A stretch of 64,000 nucleotides of DNA from an uncultured Acidobacteriota bacterium (GTDB taxonomy: Bacteria > Acidobacteriota > Polarisedimenticolia > J045). The translations under genes were made by a program, and so were the position numbers. Within the stretch, counting starts at the first letter, position 1; each line of letters starts with the position of its first letter. The stretch spans positions 28,673 to 92,672 of the forward strand of contig CAVPCQ010000033.1 in the NCBI GenBank assembly GCA_963702425.1, written 5' to 3'. The notes under the pieces are model-generated. The model did not search any database. It was not told where the DNA came from and worked only from the letters and a program-made list of their open reading frames with translations. This document shows, piece by piece, positions 55,731 to 64,000 of the stretch.

Positions 55731-58700
55731 TACCTATCGGGGTCGGGAGGAAGGTTGATGGCGAGCCAGTCCTTCATCGTCTCACCGAGCACGATGAAGA
55801 ACTCCTTCCATCCAGGAGTGAGTTTGTTGTCCACCGCCTGCATCCTGGCCTCCCACTCCTCCGGGGTCACCGTCCCTTGTCCCCCGTCGAGTGCGTGGGT
55901 ACTTTCCTCGAACATGGCGCTGAGGTACATCTGTATCAAGTACCACCCTGCGAGTTCCGGAAGCAGTGAGCCGTTCTGTACCCGAATCACGTCAGCGTTC
56001 ACTATCACGCTGATCTCGGGAGCGTCGTACCGACCGTCCCTGAGTTCCTTGTCGGTAAACGTGTCCTGGCTGCAGAACTTGCCCGGTGCGCACGGAATCG
56101 TCATTCCGTTATCAGGGCGTTCGTCTAACCCCGCTCGCACTTCAGCGGCGCGGCCGACTCTCAAGTAGTATCGTGTTGTCTCGTCATCCCGCATCTTCTG
56201 GAGCATGTCCGCTCCCTGCTCGGTTCGCTGGTACACGTACCACGCGACCCGAAACTCACGATCGCTTCGCAGGCGCGCGCTGAAGCTCGCATCTTCGAAC
56301 AGATCGCGACCGAAAGGGTCCCGGAACCGAAGCGGTGAGCCCATGACGTAGGAATACCGATTCCAAGAGCGCGGCTCCTGGGTCTGTGCGTCTCCGCGAT
56401 CGACACTCAAGAACCGGGAGACCGCGGACCCGTAGTACCGCGCCCCCATGTAATCCAGCCCCGTCGCAGCATCCCGCTCGTGCCCCGTGAACTGCCGCGT
56501 GCTCGCCCCCGCGGGCGACGTCGCGCTCTGCGGCATCCGCGCCCCGTACGGGTAGTCGTCGTAGCCGATCTTCACGTACCCCGCCTCGTCCGTCACGTTC
56601 CGCAGGGTGCCGAGGTGGTCGCGGTGGTGGTACCAGTTCACGAAGTACGGCCCGCTCGGCGCGTCCGGCGCCGGCGGATCCCCGGCACACGGGTCCCGCC
56701 CCGCTCCCTGGTCCCCCGCCACCGACGACGGCAGACCCGGCGCCGGGCTGGCCGCCCCGGCCGCCGTCTCCAGGTACAGGCTCCCGCACGGCACCGACAG
56801 CGCCTGCGAGGCCAGCGTGTAGCTCACCACGCTCGACGGCAGCGCCACCGGCGTCAGCAGCACCGTCGTCTGACCGTCCCCCGAGCGGAAGGACAGCCGC
56901 TGCGTGACCCCGGTGTCCTGCGCCAGGCTCCAGCGCACCACCAGGCTGGTCGCCGTCCAGTGGATCGACAGCGCCCGCACCGGGTTTGGGGAAGAGGGCA
57001 TCACGCTCGGATCGTAGACCAGGGAGACCGGCGCCGAAAAGCCCGAGCCGGTCGCGCCGTCCTTCCGGATCCGCACCCAGTTCGTCTCGCCGGGAGAGAG
57101 AGCGCTCTCGGCCAGCGTGAACTTCCCCTGGCCGTCCAGCGTCACGCCGGGGATCCGGTTCCGGTAGCCGGAGCTTGCCGTCACGTCCACCGTGTACGCT
57201 CCTGTGCCGGCGCCGCTGGTCACCACGAAGCGGTACCCCGCTCCGCCCGACAGCGGGCTGTCGGCAGCCAGGCTCGGCGGGGCCACGCCGACCTTCCGCT
57301 CCACCAGCAGCTTCCCCGGGCCGTAGACGAAGTCGCTCGCCAGCGCCGGGCCGCCGCTGGTCGGGCTCTCCACGAACTCCGCCAGCGCCTGCCCCTCGCC
57401 GTCCCGCAGCGTCAGCACCGGCTTGCCGTCACGGCCCACCCGGAACCAGCGCTGGCCGCCGGAGTCGTACCGGTACCACTCGCCGGGCACTCCGGCGCTG
57501 CTCCAGGGATCGCCTTCCACGAACGCGCGCATCCGGTTCCCGGTATCCCACACAGCGCCGACGGCCTGCTGCTGCTGGCCCCGGAAACGCACCAGGTTGC
57601 CGTTGGGGTCGTACGAAAACGCCGCGTCGGTCATCCGGTTGTCGTTGTTCTGCAGTGCCGGCGGGAAGGTGTGGGCGAAGTCGTGTCCGGGCGGCTCCGG
57701 GACCTGCGTCGTGGAGACGAGGGCCTGCGTGAGCATGTTCCCGGCCAGGTCGTAGGTCCAGCTCAGCACGTCCGGGGTCGTGACCGCGGGAGCCTGCGCC
57801 TGCGGGAGGATACGGGCTCCCTTCAAGCGGAAGACGGCGTCGTACGTGAATCGCTGGCCACCGATCTCGGTGATGTTGCCGGCTCCATCGAAGGCATACG
57901 GCCCGCTTTGCCACGGCGCCACGGATCCCCCGGCCACCAGGGCCGACACCGTCATCCCCTGCGGGCGGTGAAGCACGTCGCGCGGGACCGCCAGCGATGA
58001 TCCGTTGGCGTAGCCGATCCAGGTCGGCTGCCCGGCTGCGTTGTATTCGATCGGGGCGTGCACGCCCAGGGCCTTCAGGAACGACTGGCCGCGCGAGACG
58101 TCGTTGACCCCGAGCAGCGAGCCTCGAGACCGCTGGTAAGAGTAGCTCCGCACCTCGCTCGAGCCGCGGTACGGCGCCGTGAGGCTGGCCGGTCCGCCGT
58201 CGGCTGCCCAGCCGGTGCGCCATACGAAGCTCGCCCAGTCGGAGTCGACGCCGGGAGACGCGAGTCCCTTCCAGTCCAGGAGCTGCCGCGTTCCCGACTG
58301 CCGCCCGTTCATTCCCTTGTACACGAAGCGCCGCTCGGCCAGCAGGCCGCCGTCCTCGCCGTACGACAGCACCCGGCTGACGCGACCCAGGCAGGCGTTG
58401 GCCGGCTCTTCGCCCCCGGTGCACGCCTCGCCAGCCTGGAACGATCCCCCGGCACAGGCGTCGTGATCCCAGACCATCTTCGCGATCGGGCCACAGGTTC
58501 CGCGGGTGATCTCCACGTCGTCGATCATGATCCCCTTGCCGAGCCCGGGGTCCGCGCTGTCCCCCTTGTTGAATGCGAACCAGAGGTAGATCGACTTCGA
58601 GTCGGGCCATTCGGCCTCGCTGAACTGGTCGGCCGGACGGATCACGGGAGATCGCAACCACTCCGTGAACGAGGCCTGCTGCTCGTCGAGGCGGTACAGG

Positions 58701-61700
58701 ACGCGGCGACCGGAGTACTGCGGGCTGGCCGACTGCGGCGTCACCCAGACCTCGAGCGCATCGCGGCCGCCGCCCGCCGAGTTCTCCCGCACGTGGCGCC
58801 AGATCTTGAAGGACAGCAGGTCGTGCCGCTTCACCCCGGTAACGGCGAGGCGGACCACTTCCCACCTGTTCTGGGCAGACGCGTAGCCGTTGCAACCCGC
58901 ACCCAGGTGCAGCGCGCCGGTACCGCCGCCTGACGGAGGCGCAGGCAGGCACCCTCCGAGCGCCACGCGCTCCCAGGCCGTGGCGCCGGTGACGAAGTTG
59001 CCAGTCGCGTCCAGCGTCCCCTCCTGCCACTCGCCGAGCGACCCATCGAAGGTCTGATTGTCATTTGGGGGCAAGACGTGCATGCACGCCGCCGTCCCCG
59101 GAGCGCCCGGAGAACCGGGGTGCTCGCCCGTCTGGATCAGGCGTCCGGCCTCGTCGTGTTCGTTCTCGAGGAAGTAGCCCTCGGCCATTCCCTTCTCGTC
59201 CTGCCACGCCAGAAGATTTCCCCACACGTCGTAGCTCGCGAATGACTCGTGCCCCTTCTCCGGATTGAACGACTGGCGCAGCCGCCCGAGGGCGTCGTGC
59301 TCGAACGTCCGGGTCTGGCCGGCCGGCGCCCAACTGGGGTTCACCCAACTCCCGAACGGGTCGCTCGGGAGCTGACTCACCAGCGTCACCTTCTCGAGTT
59401 TCCCCCGGGGGTCGTACCGGTAGACTGCGTCGGCCCCGTCTCCCACGCCATCCGGCGCCTCGGCGTCGGTGTCGACCATCGCCAGCCGACCCAGGCCATC
59501 GCGGTAGAGCCGCGTCGTGACATACTCGGTTGCCGATGCCGTGCCGTCCCCGTTGGCGTCGACGCCGTAGACCCGCGTCTGCTCGTGCGGGCCGCAATAC
59601 TGCTTCGCCGTCACGGCGCCGTCCGCCAGCTCGATCCGGCGCGCTCGTCCTAGCGGGTCGGGGGTGACATCGAGGGGATTCGTCCCAGCGCCGTTCGGCA
59701 CGCCGTAGAAGTTCAGCGTGCCGCGCGGCCGGCTGCCGGTGCCACCCACGAGGGGGATTCCCGACACGGAGTAGCCGTTGTCCCCCGTGCCGTCGTTGTC
59801 CCAGGGCCAGGTGACCTTCGTGGCCGCGGCGTACTCGCTCTCCTTCATCCACTCGGAGACGAAGATCTCGCGACCACGCGTGTCGTAGCGAATGACCTGA
59901 ATCGCCACTTCGTTTGGTTGCGGCATCGCGCGCCGGCGTTGGACGACCCGGCCGAGCCCGTCGTACGTCTCCTCGCTGAACTCCTGCTGGGAGTCCGCCG
60001 CCTGATAGTCGGTCTCGGTCCCCGGGGACCGGATCACGCGGGTCTTCGTCAGCGACGGATAGACGACGCGGGTGGCGTATTCGTCGGACCCCGGCGGGTC
60101 GATCTTCGTCAGTCTCCCGAGTGGGTCGAAGTCGTAACGGGTCACGAACCCGTTGGGGTCCGTGCTCGACGCGATCTGTCCCCCGACGTCTGCGGCGATC
60201 GACTGGCTGTCGTAGGAGAGCGGCGAGATCCGCGCCGTCACCGCCCGGCCGAGGTTCCAGGTGTAGTTGACGGTGTAGGCCGCCCGGCCTCCGCCGACCC
60301 GCAGGTCCCCGCCGCTGTAGTTCGCGGTTTCGAGGTTCCCGCGGCCGCTGTATCCCAGGTCCGAGACGAGGTCGCGGTCCGAGGTCGGCCCGGGACTCGC
60401 CGTGCCGGTGGGAGCGAACCCTGCAGCCTGCCAGGCCTGAAGCGCGCGCAGTTGCGTCATCTGGCCGGTGCATCCCGCTGTCCCGCTGTCCCCGGAGTGG
60501 GCCAACTGGACCTCGTAGCGGCGGCCGTCGGAAGCCGTCCCCTCCTCCACGAAGGCGAAGGCGGCCCGGCTGAGGATGTGTGCCGTGGCGCGGCAGTCCG
60601 GTGCCGGGACGGACGAGCCGGGGGCGTCGTCGTAGTGGACGTAGGTCAGCCGCCGCCGCGACAGGAGCGAATTCCCGGTGGCCGGGCCGTCGATGACAGA
60701 GACCCGCCACTCGTTCCAGCCCGTCCTTTGGTAGTTATTCTCCGCGATCTTCTTCGGCCAACTGGACGAGCTCTCGAAGCAGGTCGCCCCCTCGTGGTGG
60801 AAGGTCGTCTCCACCTCACTCTCCATCGGCGCGATCGCGTAACTCTCGGCGAGATCCGAAAAGCACGTGTAGTCGTACTTGTGAACCTCGGAACGGCTAG
60901 GGGTCAAGCCATCGGATGCGAAGATCGTACGAGTCTTCAACAGGCCGACCGGGGCGGTCGATTTACACGGGTCGACGTCCTCCACGACGGGACAGGGGTG
61001 ACCGTGGAAGGTCGATTCAGTCACCAGTCCGTCTGGACCGATTTCTCGGAACCGATTGATCACGGGTGTCGATTCGTCGCAGAGCGGCGATGATTCGTTG
61101 GGGTCCAGTCGGAAGGCCCTCTCCCACCGCCACACGCTCCTGGACTGCCCGGCGCCGTCGCCGCTCGCCCCAAGCCCGTCCGGATAGAGGATTCTCTCCG
61201 CAACCCCGAGGCACTCTCGTGGTACCCCGGCATTGACGTCCGCGTTGGGTATGGTCATGCCGCAGACCCACTTCTCGTACAGGTAGCTCGAAACACCGCC
61301 CAGCGGATACAGGACTCGGTCGAGAAGCGCCCCAAACCCCGGATCGCGGGCTCCTCCGAGTTCCCCCCCGCGATACTCGTACTCGATCGTGCCCGAGGCC
61401 GAACCCGGCGGCTCGGGCAGAATCACCTTGGCCAGCACGGGCACGTCCACCGTCACCCCGTCGTCCTGTTCAGACACTTTGCCATAGACGAACTTGTACA
61501 TGACATCCTGTGGTGCACCGTGGGTCCCCTTGAAACCAGTAGCGTGGATCTCCTTCAGCATTCCGACGAACGTCGGACTCCAGATCTTGTTCCCGGACCC
61601 GTCGAGAAGCAGGTCGTCGTGGTTGCTGTCCGCGGCAGTCCACAGCGTCGTCGTGATCTCCATCGCGGTGTCATGGATCGATCGGATCCGCGTGATCGCC

Positions 61701-62607
61701 TCCGGGTAGGGCCCGGAGCGCGCGTATTGGATCTCGACGCCGTTGTGGTGGACGTCTTCGATTCGTGTTGCGTACCACCCGTTGCGATCGTGGTTTCGAA
61801 TCCAGCCCTTGCTGCCCTTTGGAACGTCGTCCGTCACGATCTTCTCGAGCCAGTACGTGGTTCCATTCTCCAGCGTGACGACATACTGCGAAGGGGTATC
61901 CACGAACCACGCGCACCCGCACTCGTCGCACGCGGGGTAATCGCCGCGTGTCGACGTCCCGCAGTACGGCGGGCATTCAGGAGCTCCCTCGCACGCCGGA
62001 TCCCAGTGCCCTTGTTCCGCCTGATGCTGCCATTGAAGGAGCGGGTGCGTCTCCCTCTGGTTGCGCAGGTCATGTTCCGTCCCCTGGGCGTCGACGAAGA
62101 ACATGTCACGCCCTAGGTTGTCGAAGACCTCTGCGCTGACCGAGTTGTGTTTCGCGCGCCGGAACACGCGACCGAGATGCATCGTCCAACCGAATCCGAC
62201 CCAGCTTCGGCCACTGAGCAGGACGCGGAAAACATGCGAGCCGCCCTGATTCTCGTATCGGACGCGATCCCGTCGGACCCGGAGGCTGTTGTAGGAACGA
62301 ACCAGCCCGAACGAGCCGCCGCCGTCGAGCGGGTAGCTCGGGCCGCTCGCGTGGGTGATCAGGAGGTTGCCGGAGTACAAGGAAACATTCTCGTTGTTCT
62401 CGAAGCCCGCGTAGATCGACCGGTCCGGAACGCCGGGCGCCGACGCAACGACAGCGTTCTGATCGAGCGTCGTCGAGTCAAGGTCCGGACGAGTTGCAAG
62501 AGCGGACCCGGAAAGGACGATTGCTGCGACGATTAGGAGGGCCGTCGCGCGCGCAGCGCGGCTTACGCCCCCCCCAGCGGAGTTTGGCGGAGTACTCTCA
62601 TTGTCAT
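55730..62607 (-). CDS. RHS/YD-repeat polymorphic toxin with Sec-type signal peptide; 5' end out of frame at a G8 tract
   Basis: ORF 55730..62380 extends upstream in frame through ALLIVAAIVLSGSALA; ATG at 62607 joins it if G8 (62568-62575) is G9. ENVSLYSGNL, YD repeats, RHS core, PLRFRDPFG cleavage motif. Confidence 0.9.
56430..57347 (-). repeat. 918-bp repeat, copy A, inside the main RHS gene
   Basis: Matches 54282-55199 and, partially, 52717-53023. Confidence 0.92.
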
Positions 62608-62675
62608 GTTGCCCCCTGCGCGGTGGGACCGATCACCGTACGCGCGTTGACGCTACGCCCGTCGAAATCGCGGCG

Positions 62676-63929
62676 TCAAGCTCCGCCGCGCGCCACCAGC
62701 CCCCACAACGCCGAGATCGGCAGCGCCTCGACGCGGTCGGAGAACGGCACGGCCTCACGTCCCTGGTAGAGCACGACCCCGCGCAGGAACTTCTTTCCGG
62801 CCTGCCTGGCGAAGGCGTCGAGACCGCGCAGGTCCGAGGCGGCCACCGACGATGCGCTCTTTATCTCGATCGCGACGCACCGTCCCCGCCGATCCTCGAG
62901 CACGAGGTCGACCTCCTGCCCGGCGTGGGTCCGGAAGAAGTACGGCGTGGCGGCAGTGCGGGACCATCCGAGCTGCTTGACGATCTCCCCGACGACGAAC
63001 GCCTCGAGCAGGGGGCCGAGACGGTCCGGAGCGTCGGCGAGCGTGGCGGCGTCGAGATCCAGCAGGTGCGCGGCGACGCCGGTATCGACGGGATACAGCT
63101 TGGGGGCCTTGACGAGACGCGAGGTCCGGTTGCCGGACCAGGGCGCCAGCCGGCGGACGAGGAACACACCCTCCAGCAGCGCCAGGTAGCGGCTCAGCGT
63201 CGACTGCGGCAGCGCGGTGGAGCGCGCGAGATCGGCCATGTTGACGAGGCCGCCGGTACGCTCGGCGAGCAGCCGAAGAAGGTGCGGCAGTTCCGCGAGG
63301 CGCGCGACGGCGGCGAGCTCGCGCACCTCGCGCTGCAGCAGCGTGGAGACGTAGGACCGGAACCAGGCATCGCGCCGGTCGGGCCCGCTGCGCGTTCGGA
63401 CCTCCGGGAAGCCGCCGAGCGCGATCTCCTCGATGATCTGGCGCCGGTCCACGGCCTGCAGTCCCGAAGCGTCGTACGCGGGGGCGAAGAGGGCGTCGAC
63501 AAAGGCCTCGCGCACGCCGCGCAGCTCGCCTTGGGAAAGCGGCCACAGCGTGAGGATCTCGACCCGGCCGGCCAGCGCTTCGGCCAGGGCGGGAAGGGCG
63601 AGCACGGCCGCCGATCCGGTGAGGAGGAACCGCCCGGGCCGGCGATCCCGATCGATGGCGGCCTTCAGCGAGAGGAACAGGCCGGGTGCGCGTTGGACCT
63701 CGTCGAGGACCACGTCACCCGCAAACCCCGCGAGGAAGCCGTCCGGGTCGCGCGTCGCCGCCGCCAGCACCGTGAGGTCGTCGAGCGTGACGTAGCGTCG
63801 GTCTCCCGTTCCCGGGCAGAGGCCGCGGGCGAGCGTCGATTTCCCGACCTGGCGCGGCCCGCCGAGGAACACGGCAGGCGTGTCGGCGAGCGCTCGCCGG
63901 AGCGCGTCGTCCATGTGCCGGGGGATCAT
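62676..63929 (-). CDS. ATP-binding protein, AAA_14 plus DUF4143 family
   Basis: GPRQVGKST, LDEVQR, FLLTGS, LAGR, GGFPE, KAPKLYPVDTG, EVDLVLE...IEIK. Confidence 0.92.
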   Translation of the reverse strand: MIPRHMDDALRRALADTPAVFLGGPRQVGKSTLARGLCPGTGDRRYVTLDDLTVLAAATRDPDGFLAGFAGDVVLDEVQRAPGLFLSLKAAIDRDRRPGRFLLTGSAAVLALPALAEALAGRVEILTLWPLSQGELRGVREAFVDALFAPAYDASGLQAVDRRQIIEEIALGGFPEVRTRSGPDRRDAWFRSYVSTLLQREVRELAAVARLAELPHLLRLLAERTGGLVNMADLARSTALPQSTLSRYLALLEGVFLVRRLAPWSGNRTSRLVKAPKLYPVDTGVAAHLLDLDAATLADAPDRLGPLLEAFVVGEIVKQLGWSRTAATPYFFRTHAGQEVDLVLEDRRGRCVAIEIKSASSVAASDLRGLDAFARQAGKKFLRGVVLYQGREAVPFSDRVEALPISALWGLVARGGA

Positions 63930-63935
63930 GAGGGA

Positions 63936-63964
63936 AGAATAGCCGGAATGTGGCGGAAAATCAA
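63936..63964 (-). promoter_or_regulatory. Sigma70-type promoter giving a probable leaderless transcript
   Basis: TTGATT, 17-nt spacer, TATTCT, then 6 nt to ATG 63929. Confidence 0.6.
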
Positions 63965-64000
63965 CCATGCAATGGTGAATTTTCTATCCCCCCGTATCCC

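Noticed and set aside
52717-57347. Diversity-generating retroelement or CRISPR reading of the repeats
   Set aside because: No reverse transcriptase or cas genes; differences between copies do not look adenine-specific; no repeat-spacer pattern.
62676-63929. AAA_14/DUF4143 ATPase as part of the RHS system
   Set aside because: A widespread stand-alone family with its own promoter; adjacency is the only link.

Overview
Very GC-rich bacterial DNA. Its gene content and a nuo operon lacking nuoB/nuoI suggest Acidobacteriota (inference only). Many single-base frameshifts fall in housekeeping genes (lepA, nuoD, nuoE, addA/addB-like), which points to long-read indel errors rather than pseudogenes. 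Left to right: a Zn-finger hypothetical, a tandem REP-like pair, a membrane protein, a DegT-family aminotransferase, a NUDIX-MBL fusion, a prenyltransferase-repeat protein, an AddAB-like helicase-nuclease, a VapC remnant, a spermidine-synthase-like membrane methyltransferase, GT2 and DUF115-like genes, OppD/OppF-like ATPases with TolC and ExbB, the complex I operon nuoA-C-D-E-F-G-H-J-K-L-N (no B, I or M), and glutamate dehydrogenase. Next come an AmmeMemoRadiSam cluster whose three proteins all carry export signals, a hybrid two-component system ahead of a cell-envelope gene set with a 21-bp-period operator-like repeat, and lepA. The window ends with a convergent RHS polymorphic toxin array (signal-peptide RHS with extra inserted domains, an orphan module and an eroded third module) and an AAA_14/DUF4143 ATPase. 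Best candidates for novelty are the exported AmmeMemoRadiSam/DUF362 system, the decorated RHS array and the HTCS-controlled envelope module. No rRNA, tRNA or CRISPR array was seen. All family assignments come from reading motifs by eye; no database search was run.
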